64,000 nt of DNA from Candidatus Bathyarchaeia archaeon. Lineage in GTDB: Archaea > Thermoproteota > Bathyarchaeia > Bathyarchaeales > Bathycorpusculaceae. A program made the position numbers and the translations under genes. The notes under the pieces are model-generated. The model saw only the letters and a list, made by a program, of their open reading frames with translations, was not told the origin of the DNA and searched no databases. Of the stretch, positions 30,206 through 40,116 are shown piece by piece. The first letter of the stretch is position 1; every line of letters starts with the position of its first letter. The DNA lies in NCBI GenBank assembly GCA_049515895.1, contig JBEKTQ010000001.1:128001-192000 (forward strand). Reading direction: 5' to 3'.

Positions 30206-31015
30206 TTGACGGAAAAAGTTGATGTTGTCTTTCTGACAAAGAACAGCATTAAGCCATGCCTAAAGGAATGCTTGGACTCTGTGTACGCCAATGTTCCAGT
30301 CGGGCGCCTTTTAGTAATTGACGGCGGCAGCACTGACGGAACTTTAGATGTCGTCAAGAGCTACGCTAATTGCGAAATAATTGAAGATTCTGGCGGTAAC
30401 AGGGCAACTGCAAGGCAGAAAGGCATTGAAGCTGCCGAAACAACGTGGCACCTACACGTTGACTCAGACGTCGTTTTATGCAAAGACTGGTTCAAAGCCG
30501 CAGAGAAGCTTCTTAACCCAAAGGTCGGTGCCTTGTGGGGAGTAACAATCCCGGGCGACAGGCACATTTACAACCAAAACAAATCGATGGCGATGCTTTA
30601 CCGCAAAGACACGATTGACTATATTATGCAGCAGAGAAACCTGAAACGCTACCTGACTCACGACACGTTGCTGCGGACAGAAGCGGTTAGAGATATCAAA
30701 ATACCCGCTGACCTGCATCAATGGGAAGACCACTTCATCGGGCAACATGTAGTCGCCAACGGTTACGAGTGGCTGAAAACCCGTGAACCATGCTGCCTTC
30801 ACTATTTCCACGAAGGCATGAGCTGGAAAGAGTTCGTAGAAAACGGCAAACTCGCAAGAAAAGTCAAGTCATACACCAACCGCCAAATACTCTTGAGAGT
30901 TGGTTTAGCTGTTCCCAAGGCGCTATGGATAATTATGGCGACAGGAGACTTTACCGCTGGCAAGCAACAACTGGAAAACTACGTAGGTTTAGCTAAGGGC
31001 TGGTATGGCATTTAG
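30206..31015 (+). CDS. Glycosyltransferase family 2, tandem paralog of the previous gene
   Basis: VIDGGSTDGT, HVDSD, WED; shares LTKNS.KPCL.EC and VRDIKIP with the upstream GT2. Confidence 0.92.
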   Translation: MTEKVDVVFLTKNSIKPCLKECLDSVYANVPVGRLLVIDGGSTDGTLDVVKSYANCEIIEDSGGNRATARQKGIEAAETTWHLHVDSDVVLCKDWFKAAEKLLNPKVGALWGVTIPGDRHIYNQNKSMAMLYRKDTIDYIMQQRNLKRYLTHDTLLRTEAVRDIKIPADLHQWEDHFIGQHVVANGYEWLKTREPCCLHYFHEGMSWKEFVENGKLARKVKSYTNRQILLRVGLAVPKALWIIMATGDFTAGKQQLENYVGLAKGWYGI

Positions 31016-31078
31016 CTTTCCCCGTTTGAAATAAGCGTTCTTTTCGTAGACGATTTAAGATCGGGAAAAAATAGGCGG

Positions 31079-32047
31079 TCAATCAATTTTCTTAAATGTT
31101 AAAATGGAGAATTTGGATTTACATCTTTCATGTTCTAGTTTGAAGCCGGTTTCATGAAATTTTCTTAAAATTGCCTCTCTGATTTCCTCTGAGTGAACCT
31201 CGACTAAATAACAATTGATTTTTCTAAGAATTTCAGCTGGTACCTCGATTATGCTTTCCTCTGCTCCCTCGCAGTCAAACTTGGCGACATCCGCCCCACT
31301 TTCCTTGATGACTTCAGATATGTCTCTAATTTTTATTTCCCTACTTTTGGACCCCATGTTCAACAAGCCAAAGCCAATGTCGACTTCGTCAAACTGGATT
31401 GTCTTAGTTCCGTTTTTGTTGCCTATCCCCGCTTGGTAGACTTCAGCGTCGATTTTGTTTAGACTTATGTTTTTCCCGATCCATTGAATATGCTCTTCCA
31501 CTGGTTCGTAAATAATTATTCTTCTTGCTTTCTTGGACCAGAAGTATGCTGCAGATTCACCTTCAAAACCGCCGATGTCTAGGACAACTTTGTTTTGGCA
31601 ATCGCATTCATATTCGCCTGCCTGCAGTTCTTTTACACAAGTTAGCATTGAAGCTGACCCGACAGCTTGGAAGTCGCCGTTTTTAACGTGAAATGTGCCC
31701 CTTTCTATTTGGTTGACGGCGAAGTCCCGCATAAGGTCACATACGAGCGGCGTCAGTTGGGAACTGCAAACTACCTCGCTGTTTTGCCCCTTTATTCTGA
31801 AGAGGTCATCACTTTCCTGAGTTATAGAGTAATTCGCCAAAATTGAGTAAGAATCTCTGAACACTCGGAACTGCGGCCAAGTCAGACTAAAAGTCAAGCC
31901 GTTTCTAAAAGTTACTGATTTTCTGTTTTTTTTCCGTTTCATCGATAACACGACAAGAGGGTTTTTGGTTATCGTAAGAGTTCTCCACACTACGCTTAGC
32001 TTGACCATGCCGTTTTCCTTATCAATCCCTTGTTGATTGCGCTTCAA
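31079..32047 (-). CDS. FkbM family methyltransferase
   Basis: VVLDIGGFEGES, IIIYEP, AKFDCEGAE, VEVH. Confidence 0.88.
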   Translation of the reverse strand: MKRNQQGIDKENGMVKLSVVWRTLTITKNPLVVLSMKRKKNRKSVTFRNGLTFSLTWPQFRVFRDSYSILANYSITQESDDLFRIKGQNSEVVCSSQLTPLVCDLMRDFAVNQIERGTFHVKNGDFQAVGSASMLTCVKELQAGEYECDCQNKVVLDIGGFEGESAAYFWSKKARRIIIYEPVEEHIQWIGKNISLNKIDAEVYQAGIGNKNGTKTIQFDEVDIGFGLLNMGSKSREIKIRDISEVIKESGADVAKFDCEGAEESIIEVPAEILRKINCYLVEVHSEEIREAILRKFHETGFKLEHERCKSKFSILTFKKID

Positions 32048-32288
32048 ACTGTAAACTTCTGATTTAAGGTTTTGTGTTTTTGATGTCTGACTTCACTTTT
32101 GGGTATTCGGAGAAGGTTTCTTAAGGTCATTTCAGGATATTTTACCCTTCAACAAATCGAATGGACGCAATTGTGAAGAGTCAAAAACAATTGCCGGTCG
32201 GGGACTTAAAAGAATATAACTATAACTTTAATAACAATTTTAATAAAATAACGGATATAAAAAAACATGCTTGGTTATGTGACAATCA

Positions 32289-33131
32289 ATGGCACGCTAC
32301 GTTCTCCTATACACATTTAACCGGACCGACGAAACATCGCTACACCGTTTGATTCGCCTTCAAAGGATGAACCCAAAAATAACGATTGTTCCCGTCTTCG
32401 GAGTGCCACAAACCATTTCTTTCCCAATACCTAAACTTCCAAAAAGGTACAGGCAAACTTTTAATTGGGAAGCTTGCAGGTCAAAACCGCTTTTCGAAAT
32501 TACTAAGGCGATAAACAAGTCAGTTGAATCGTTTCGTCGAAGAAACGAGCTGAACGAAACACAAAAACTTGTTAAGAAACTTGGCCTGAGTCTGTACTGC
32601 GATTTTACACCTATCGGGAAAACAAATCAGGACTTAGCAATCATAAACTGGTTCAAAGAGCAAGGAAAAAACCTCGACTTTGACCTCATGGTTTATTTTG
32701 AGTATGACATGTTTACTACCCGAACAATAGAGGACTTGTACTCACCATACCTGGATTATGATGCGGGTTTCGTCGACTACCGAGTTTCTGAGCCATCGTG
32801 GATGTGGCATGATCGCCCATCGGGCTCCAAACGCTCCGTTTGCAGGTGGCTAAAAAAAATTAAAGCTGAACCAATCATTTATCGTTCCTTCTTTCCGGGG
32901 CACTTCCTATCCCGCAAAGTTCTCGAGAAACTCGTTCAGCATCGGATGCCCAACGCTTTCTGCGAAATGCGTTCTCCTTCAGTTATAACTGGGCTAGGCT
33001 TCAGGGTTGGAGCGCTTAATTTTCCAAAGATCCACGTTACAATTGAAGAAAGCGGGATTTTGGAAGCTGAAATTAAGGCAAACTCAAGTTTTGGAATTTT
33101 TCATCCCGTTTATGGTGATTTCGATTTCTGA
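32289..33131 (+). CDS. Hypothetical protein, possible GT-A fold glycosyltransferase
   Basis: 280-aa ORF in the glyco cluster with FEYD (DxD-like) and a C-terminal FHPV. Confidence 0.65.
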   Translation: MARYVLLYTFNRTDETSLHRLIRLQRMNPKITIVPVFGVPQTISFPIPKLPKRYRQTFNWEACRSKPLFEITKAINKSVESFRRRNELNETQKLVKKLGLSLYCDFTPIGKTNQDLAIINWFKEQGKNLDFDLMVYFEYDMFTTRTIEDLYSPYLDYDAGFVDYRVSEPSWMWHDRPSGSKRSVCRWLKKIKAEPIIYRSFFPGHFLSRKVLEKLVQHRMPNAFCEMRSPSVITGLGFRVGALNFPKIHVTIEESGILEAEIKANSSFGIFHPVYGDFDF

Positions 33132-33209
33132 TACTTACTCTTTTGGAAAGCCTAAATCAGCGAAAAGCATTAGGGTGGACTATAACAAAGGTAATAGCGT
33201 GGTGGATGG

Positions 33210-34523
33210 TTGAAAACCGGCATCTTTGGCGGGGGATTAACGGGATTAACGTTGGATTACCTGTTAAGCCAACGGAGTGTTGACGTTGAGCTTTTGGAGA
33301 AAGAAAAGGAACTAGGCGGACTGATGAGAACCCTCCGAGAAGACGGTTTTGCATTCGATTGGGGCGGTTCTCATATCATTTTTTCAAAAAACAAAGAAGC
33401 ATTAGATTTCATGCTCCGCCTTCTTGGCGAAAACAAGGTGCTCGATAAAAGGAATACTAAAGTGCTCTATAAAGGGTCATACATTAAATACCCTTTTGAA
33501 AATGGGCTGGCAGATTTGCCCAAGCAAGAGAACTTCGAGTGCCTTTACGCTTTTATCGAAAACTTGCTTGCCAAGGAAGAAGGCAAGGTTAACAAACCTG
33601 CAAACCTCAAAGAATGGTTCCACTACACATTTGGGAGCGGAATTGCTCAAAAATACCTGGTTCCTTATAACCAAAAGATTTGGAAGCACCCGTTAGAAGA
33701 TATGACTTTGGAGTGGGTAGAAAGAATTCCTAATCCTCCCGTTGCCGACATCGTGAAGTCTTCTCTTGGCATAAAGACAGAAGGGTACACGCATCAATCA
33801 AACTTTTATTATCCCCTAAGAGGCGGCATTCAAACCGTGATTGAGTCTTTAGCCAAGAACGTACAATCAAACATTACTGTTGGTTTTGAAGTCAAAAAAG
33901 TACGTAAAGAAGGCGGTTGCTGGGTCATAAGCAACGGGAAAGAAGAGAAGGTTTACGACAAAATTGTCTCAACGATTCCTATTCAAGCTTTAATCAAAGC
34001 AATGGATGCCCCCAAGCGAGTCAGAGCCGCGGCAGACGATTTGAAGTTTAATTCCTTAGTTACCGTTATGTTGGGCTTGAATACCGCGAACATCAATGAT
34101 TTTTCCTGGCTTTACATTCCTGAAGAAACCTCTTTGCCACACAGAGTAAGCTTCCCTTCGAACTATAGTTCTTACGTAACACCTCGGGGGAAATCATCTG
34201 TCCTTGCTGAAGTAACATGTAGAAAAGACGATGATACTTGGATAATGGATGATCAGGAAATTACCGACCGAGTGATCGATGATTTGCATCGGTTACACAT
34301 AATGGATAAAGAATCCGTCTGCTTCACTAAAGCTAAGCGTTCGACGTGTGCCTACGTGTTGACTGATACGAATTATGCAGAGAACTTGAAAACGGTTAAA
34401 AGTTACGTTAGCAAAGCGGGAATTGACCTTCTTGGAAGGTTTTCAGAGTTCAAGTACCTGAACATGGATGGCTGCGTTGAGAACGTCATGAATTACGTGA
34501 AGGAGAAGTTCAAAAGTAGTTGA
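33210..34523 (+). CDS. FAD-dependent oxidoreductase, UDP-galactopyranose mutase-like
   Basis: GGGLTGL, GGLMRT, FDWGGSHI, FYYPLRGG, GRFSEFKYLNMD. Confidence 0.82.
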   Translation: MKTGIFGGGLTGLTLDYLLSQRSVDVELLEKEKELGGLMRTLREDGFAFDWGGSHIIFSKNKEALDFMLRLLGENKVLDKRNTKVLYKGSYIKYPFENGLADLPKQENFECLYAFIENLLAKEEGKVNKPANLKEWFHYTFGSGIAQKYLVPYNQKIWKHPLEDMTLEWVERIPNPPVADIVKSSLGIKTEGYTHQSNFYYPLRGGIQTVIESLAKNVQSNITVGFEVKKVRKEGGCWVISNGKEEKVYDKIVSTIPIQALIKAMDAPKRVRAAADDLKFNSLVTVMLGLNTANINDFSWLYIPEETSLPHRVSFPSNYSSYVTPRGKSSVLAEVTCRKDDDTWIMDDQEITDRVIDDLHRLHIMDKESVCFTKAKRSTCAYVLTDTNYAENLKTVKSYVSKAGIDLLGRFSEFKYLNMDGCVENVMNYVKEKFKSS

Positions 34524-34536
34524 CGGCGACTTTGCA

Positions 34537-36096
34537 ATGACGATAAAGCTCAGATTAGATGTGGATTACCCTTACCCTTCAAGGTCTAAAAGTTTTCTTT
34601 ACATAGCTTTCGGCATCAAAAGGCGAAAAGGCAAAGATTATCTAAAGAACGCTCGAGTCATAGCTAAAATGATTAACGAATCGCCCAAAGACGTAATGGC
34701 TTACTGGTTCTTTACCCCGTTCACAATTCCGGACAAGGAACTGCTTGATCTGCTTAACCCGCAGAGACATGAGGTTGCCTTGCATGTTGCAATAAATCCC
34801 TATCGAGAATGGAAGATTCTTGAAAGCGAAACCGACAGAACCGTGCAGTACTTCACAATCCATGGGACGTCTCGGATTTTTACCCAGCTACTGTGGGGAC
34901 GCAAATTGGGTGAGAAACAAGCCAAGGTACCTGCTGACTTCCCCGTGAAGTCCTTTCATGAGTTCACTACTTTCAGTCTAGACCGAATATGTTTCCAGTT
35001 GGGGTTCGATGGCGGCATAAGAGAAGCTAATGCTTGGATCAGACAAGGTTTCGTCCTTTCCATGCATCCTGAATGGTTATTCAAAAAGGGCAAAAGAAGC
35101 CAACGAGGACCATTTTACGAAGTTTTGCAGGAGATATTAAAAACCTATCAAGAAATGAAAACTTTGAAAATTACATCGAACCATTTCGTAAGAATAGGAC
35201 GCAATGTGAGTGATTACGGAAAAGGTTTTGTTCCCACTGCCGAGTATCTCGAGAAGGTGATTGAGAGAGGTGTTGACGTTTTCGTTCTTCCAGAACAAAG
35301 CTGGCACCGTCTAATTCCAAATCCTCCAAGCTCTTGGAAAAAAAGTAAGGATAATGTTGCTTTGCTCGAGATAAAAAGTTACGACGACTGGTTGAACAAA
35401 GTCGGCAAGAAAACTCGTAATATGGTGAAGAAGGCTGAGAAGAGTGACATAAGAGTGGCGGTTGCTGAGCCGAGCGACCGTTTGGCCGAAGGAATATCAA
35501 AAATATTTAATGAAACCCCAATAAGGCAAGGAAGTTTCTTCACTCACTACGGCGAATCATTATCGACAGTAGCTGGCAACATGTATGAGGGTGCCAAGAG
35601 CTCCACTTTTATTGTTGCTTACCTGAACGAAGAAATGGTTGGTTTCATTCAAATAAATTGGGGTGATATAGCTGTGCTTTCTCAAATATTATCAATGCAG
35701 AAGCACTGGGATAAAGCCGTGAACAACGCACTTCTCGCTAAGGCGGTTGAAGTTTGCGCGTTGAGAGGACAACGATGGCTTGTTTACGGGAGAATAGGAA
35801 ATCACCCCTCTCTTGACAAGTTTAAGAAAAGCAATGGGTTTGAAAGCCGTCCGATAACTAGTTATTATGTGCCATTAACAAGGAGAGGAAAGATTGCTGT
35901 CCGCTTAGGATTGCATAGAGAACTGCGAGACGCTGTACCAAAGCAGTTGAAGGTTTTGATTATTCCCGTCAGAAATTGGGCAAGCAGAGTCAAGGCACGA
36001 TATCGATTTGGGTCAGAAACGGAATCGGCTGTTGTGAATAATTCAAACGACGCCCCTGCAACTAACAAAGATTTTGAAGAGAGAAATCTTGATTAG
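34537..36096 (+). CDS. Fusion of a polysaccharide-deacetylase-like domain and a GNAT/FemAB-like domain
   Basis: LRLDVD, HEVALH, TIHG, MHPE in the N-half; KKTRNMVKKAEK, AYLNEEMVGF, SLDKFKKSNGF in the C-half. Confidence 0.75.
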   Translation: MTIKLRLDVDYPYPSRSKSFLYIAFGIKRRKGKDYLKNARVIAKMINESPKDVMAYWFFTPFTIPDKELLDLLNPQRHEVALHVAINPYREWKILESETDRTVQYFTIHGTSRIFTQLLWGRKLGEKQAKVPADFPVKSFHEFTTFSLDRICFQLGFDGGIREANAWIRQGFVLSMHPEWLFKKGKRSQRGPFYEVLQEILKTYQEMKTLKITSNHFVRIGRNVSDYGKGFVPTAEYLEKVIERGVDVFVLPEQSWHRLIPNPPSSWKKSKDNVALLEIKSYDDWLNKVGKKTRNMVKKAEKSDIRVAVAEPSDRLAEGISKIFNETPIRQGSFFTHYGESLSTVAGNMYEGAKSSTFIVAYLNEEMVGFIQINWGDIAVLSQILSMQKHWDKAVNNALLAKAVEVCALRGQRWLVYGRIGNHPSLDKFKKSNGFESRPITSYYVPLTRRGKIAVRLGLHRELRDAVPKQLKVLIIPVRNWASRVKARYRFGSETESAVVNNSNDAPATNKDFEERNLD

Positions 36097-36133
36097 ACAA
36101 AAAATCGATTGGTAGTCTGAGAGGGACAAGCAG

Positions 36134-37366
36134 CTGGCAAAATTCCTAGTTATCCATCCGAACTTGGACATTTACGGCGGAGGGGAAAGAGTCTGTCACA
36201 ACGTAATAAAATCCTTGCTTGAACACGGCGAACAAGTGGAACTGTTAACTTTTGATTTTGACTCCGTGCGTTACGCCCAAATCATGGGTGAAAAATTGCC
36301 AGAGGGCATCGTTGTCCATAGCTTAGGAAAAAGGGTAGATGTTAAACCACCGTTCACCGTCTACAAGAGACGGAGCAAAATCATCAAGCTAACTAAAAAA
36401 ATCAAGGATTTAGATTACGATTACGTGTTTTCCACTCAAACACTGACGGCTTTTGAGTCAGCGTTGTTCAACGAAAAAAAGGGAAACATCGCCTACGTTC
36501 ATTTCCCAGAAATACATCACCGCTACATGAACTCGGGGTTAACCAGAAAAGCGTACTTGTGGCTGTACCAGCGGTGGCTTGACGGAGACATCAGCAAGCT
36601 GGATATGGTTTTCTGCAACAGCAACTACACGAAAGGGATGATTGAAAAATACTGGTCTAAAGATAAAATCCCGGAACCCATCGTAGCCTACCCTCCAGTT
36701 GACCTAGATCCCTTCTGGAGCAAAACTCCCCTTAAGGATAGGCTCAAGCAAGTAATCTACGTTGGACGTTTTATTCCTCAGAAGCGGCACGAGCTGATGA
36801 AGAAACTGGCGGTTGACCTTCCAGAGTTCCAGTTTCTAAGTGTAGGCGGCTTGAGGGATACGGAACAGCTATGGTTTGAAGTCTTCTCAAAGGACCTTCC
36901 AGCTAATTACAAGCTTAAACCAAACGTGCCAAGCCAAGAATTAGTGCAACTTTACGAGCAATCTAGGGTTTACTGCCATTTGATGGAGGGAGAACACTTC
37001 GGGATTTCGCCGATGGAAGCCCTGGCAAGCGGGTGCGCAACCTTGGTCCATAAGAGCGGGGGAACGGGAGAGTTCATTCCAGAGGAGTTCAGGTGGCAAA
37101 CCTACGATGACCTGAAAGAAAAGATAACCCATTGGGGAGAGCCATCTGAGAGCGACAACAGCGCTTGGGACCAGCTAAGGGGAGAACTGTGGGAAAAAAT
37201 CTCAATACTGCAACCTAAAGTTTTTCGAGAAAAAATCTGGGCCCACGTGCAGTGGCTGATGCAGCAGACAGAAAATAATATCCAGCCAGAACATAACAGT
37301 AAAGGCGATGTTAATACAAAGGGCGACAGAGCCAACCTACTGCTTGCGAATCGCTCAGAAGGTTGA
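36134..37366 (+). CDS. Glycosyltransferase family 4 (Alg11-like), probable CTG start
   Basis: KFLVIHPNLDIYGGGER, NSNYT, VGRF..KR, EHFGISPMEALASG. The first beta strand lies upstream of the track's TTG start at 36164. Confidence 0.88.
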   Translation: MAKFLVIHPNLDIYGGGERVCHNVIKSLLEHGEQVELLTFDFDSVRYAQIMGEKLPEGIVVHSLGKRVDVKPPFTVYKRRSKIIKLTKKIKDLDYDYVFSTQTLTAFESALFNEKKGNIAYVHFPEIHHRYMNSGLTRKAYLWLYQRWLDGDISKLDMVFCNSNYTKGMIEKYWSKDKIPEPIVAYPPVDLDPFWSKTPLKDRLKQVIYVGRFIPQKRHELMKKLAVDLPEFQFLSVGGLRDTEQLWFEVFSKDLPANYKLKPNVPSQELVQLYEQSRVYCHLMEGEHFGISPMEALASGCATLVHKSGGTGEFIPEEFRWQTYDDLKEKITHWGEPSESDNSAWDQLRGELWEKISILQPKVFREKIWAHVQWLMQQTENNIQPEHNSKGDVNTKGDRANLLLANRSEG

Positions 37367-38616
37367 GGACGCGAGGGTTTGATGTGAAAGTTTTGTATTT
37401 AGCTAACCCTCTAATGGGTGGAACAGGAGGGGACAGGAGAAGTTTCGAAGTTCTCCAGCGGGTTGGGCAGCATCGAATAGAGCCCGTCATTGTTGTGGAT
37501 GAGTTCGTTCTAGAAAAGATGAAAAGCGAAGGAAACCCGTTTTGCCGCCGTTACAAGATTTACAGCATTAAGCGTCCAAACGTTGTCTACGACCGGTATT
37601 TTCGAAGTGCCAGCCGAGCAGCGCTTGATTACTTTTCAATATTCAAAACCGCCAACCTAATAACAAGCATTGCAGGCACCGAACATGTAGACCTCATTGT
37701 TTCTCACCATGAAAAAACAGATTTCTTGCTTGAAGCCTATTTCGCCGCAAAAAAACTTCGCGTTCCATGGACCTGCGTTTTTCAGCTTCCGCTTTTTCCG
37801 CCTTATGTATCCAGCGTTTGGCGACCAGTTAGAGGCGCGCGCAAAATCTATATGTATGCTCTTTACGCTAGGCTGTACGCTCTTGTTTCTCAAGCCTTAG
37901 CGTCAACTGTGCCTTTTGCTGTCAGCCCTTCGATAGAGCTTGAAACCAAAAGGTACCTGGGCAAAAGCAGCAAAATGCTTGTTTTGCGTCCTGGCGTGGG
38001 TGTGGATAACGAGAAAATGCAGCGGGTTTCCGCTGCGCATGAACCGGTAGATGTCTTTTTCTTTTCACGGCTTGCTCCCGAAAAGGGAATATACGATTTG
38101 CCCCAAATTGCTGCGGAGATGGCGAAGGTTAAGCCAGACTTGAAGTTCTTGTTCGGCGGCCGATTCGGCGCTGTTTTGTTTCGGGATAATTTTGAAGGTT
38201 TAGTTGCGAAGAATCAGCTTGGCGACCGCTTAGTGTATAAGGGGTTTCTTAGGCAGAAAGAACTGTACGCACTTGTGAAGGCAGCCAAAGTCCTGGTTTA
38301 TCCCAGCAGGCACGACGCGTTTCCTTTGGTTATTCTCGAAACCTTAGCGTGTGGCACACCCGTCGTAGCCTACGACATCCCAGCTGTAGGGACCAATTTT
38401 CCAGCAGACATCGTTAAACCAGTTCCCGTCGGAAACACCAAACAAATGGCTGCGGAAGCATTAAAAATCGTTAACAATCAGGACCTTCGAGAGAAGATTT
38501 CCCAAAAAGCTACGGCTTTCACGGCTCAATATTCGTGGGAGAACGTTGCTGTCGCAGAAGTTGAAGCATACAACAGGCTATTTGCCAAATTCAATAATCC
38601 GACCGAGCCAGTTTAA
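37363..38616 (+). CDS. Glycosyltransferase family 4
   Basis: GGDRR, SRLAPEKG, PSRHDAFPLVILETLACGTPVV; start probably GTG 37384. Confidence 0.9.
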   Translation: MRTRGFDVKVLYLANPLMGGTGGDRRSFEVLQRVGQHRIEPVIVVDEFVLEKMKSEGNPFCRRYKIYSIKRPNVVYDRYFRSASRAALDYFSIFKTANLITSIAGTEHVDLIVSHHEKTDFLLEAYFAAKKLRVPWTCVFQLPLFPPYVSSVWRPVRGARKIYMYALYARLYALVSQALASTVPFAVSPSIELETKRYLGKSSKMLVLRPGVGVDNEKMQRVSAAHEPVDVFFFSRLAPEKGIYDLPQIAAEMAKVKPDLKFLFGGRFGAVLFRDNFEGLVAKNQLGDRLVYKGFLRQKELYALVKAAKVLVYPSRHDAFPLVILETLACGTPVVAYDIPAVGTNFPADIVKPVPVGNTKQMAAEALKIVNNQDLREKISQKATAFTAQYSWENVAVAEVEAYNRLFAKFNNPTEPV

Positions 38617-38882
38617 AGCAGCATCGCCGCTAAAACTCGGTTTAACTCATCTCTGTTTTTGACTCCGCGAAAGATGGCTTTTCCGCTTGTGTAGAGTCGA
38701 AAAGAGAAGCCTTCGAATGCTAACTCAAAAATTATTCCTGCGATCTTGTTGTTTACTGTGGCTTTCTTTAAGATATTGGCGATAACTTCATCCTTCTTCT
38801 CGTACTTGAAAAAAACGATGACGTCTTTCTCCGCTCCGCAAGTTCCTTCCACCCGTGCCACGTAGTCTTCAAGGGTTGGCAT
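38613..38882 (-). CDS. Small hypothetical protein ending the Fe-S operon
   Basis: 1-nt overlap with sufS; GTCG and FRLYTSGKAIFRGVKNRDE (TBP-like/beta-rich pattern). Confidence 0.7.
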   Translation of the reverse strand: MPTLEDYVARVEGTCGAEKDVIVFFKYEKKDEVIANILKKATVNNKIAGIIFELAFEGFSFRLYTSGKAIFRGVKNRDELNRVLAAMLL

Positions 38883-40114
38883 TAAAGTTGCTCAATCTCC
38901 TTTAAAACCTCAACAAAGCGGTCAACTTCTTCGGGTGTGTTGTAAATGTAAAAGCTCGCCCTCGCAGAGGAATGAAGTTTCAGGACCTCTTGGTGCAGGG
39001 GTTGCGCACAATGGTAGCCGCTTCTGATCATTATGCCATAGTTATCGCAGATAAGGGCAACGTCGTGCGACGATAAGCCTTCAACGCTGAAGGATATTAT
39101 GCCACATCTTTTGGATAGGTCGCTAGTACCGTGGATTGTGATTTTGTTGCATTCATGCATGCGTTCAAAGGCGTGCCGGGTTAACTCTTTCTCGTGGCTT
39201 TGAACATTATTCATGCCTACAGCTTGAAGGTACTTCACGGCTTCGCTTAACCCAATGGCACCACAGATATTCGGAGTGCCTGCTTCAAACTTCCATGGCG
39301 GGTCATTCAACGTTATGCTGCAGCCACGACCTTCGCTGAATTCCACTTCCTTGATCATTTCGCCTCCACCTTGGAACGGCGGCATCCCTTCAAGCAAAGC
39401 CTTCTTGCCGTAAAACACGCCTATCCCTGTGGGTCCGAGCATTTTGTGTCCTGAAAAGGCAAGAAAATCCGCATCTAAATCTTGGACGTCAACAATTAAA
39501 TGTGGCACTGACTGGGCGCCGTCCACGAGCATTAAGGAGCCGTTGTCATGGGCAGCCTTCGTGACGCGTTTAACATCGTTAATTACTCCTGTGACGTTTG
39601 AAACGTGGCTTAAGCAGGCAATCTTCGTTTTTTTGGAGAATTTGCCTTCGAAATCTTCATAATCCAGGGTGCCGTCGGCTTTCACGTTGGCGTATTTGAT
39701 GGTGAACCCTCTAAGTTTAGCGGTGATTTCCCAGGGCACGATGTTGCTGTGGTGTTCCATCAAGGAAACCAGTACCTCGTCGCCTTTGCACAGGTTGCTT
39801 AGTCCCCAGGAGTACGCGACCAAGTTGATGGCTTCGGTTGTGCCTCTGACAAAAACGACCTCTGAGGGTTCTTTGGCGTTTATGAACTTCGAGATTTTTT
39901 CCCGTGACTTTTCGTAAAGGTCAGTGGCTTCTAAAGATAGAGTGTGGACTGCACGGTGAATGTTGCCATTGTGGTTTTCATAAAAGTTGGCTTCAGCCTC
40001 AATTATCTGGCGGGGTTTCTGAGTTGTTGCAGCATTATCAAAATAAATCAAAGGATAATTGTTAATCTTGCGCTTCAGTATCGGGAAATCCTGGCGAATC
40101 GCTTGTATGTCCAC
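38882..40114 (-). CDS. sufS: Cysteine desulfurase, class II (SufS/CsdA type)
   Basis: YFDNAATTQKP, MEHHSN, VDGAQ, FSGHKMLGPTG, RSGYHCAQP. Confidence 0.94.
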   Translation of the reverse strand: MDIQAIRQDFPILKRKINNYPLIYFDNAATTQKPRQIIEAEANFYENHNGNIHRAVHTLSLEATDLYEKSREKISKFINAKEPSEVVFVRGTTEAINLVAYSWGLSNLCKGDEVLVSLMEHHSNIVPWEITAKLRGFTIKYANVKADGTLDYEDFEGKFSKKTKIACLSHVSNVTGVINDVKRVTKAAHDNGSLMLVDGAQSVPHLIVDVQDLDADFLAFSGHKMLGPTGIGVFYGKKALLEGMPPFQGGGEMIKEVEFSEGRGCSITLNDPPWKFEAGTPNICGAIGLSEAVKYLQAVGMNNVQSHEKELTRHAFERMHECNKITIHGTSDLSKRCGIISFSVEGLSSHDVALICDNYGIMIRSGYHCAQPLHQEVLKLHSSARASFYIYNTPEEVDRFVEVLKEIEQL

Positions 40115-40116
40115 GA

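Noticed and set aside
32200-32265. Very AT-rich tract with short AATAAC-like repeats, possible origin
   Set aside because: No ORB-like boxes or cdc6 nearby; fits a divergent promoter region.
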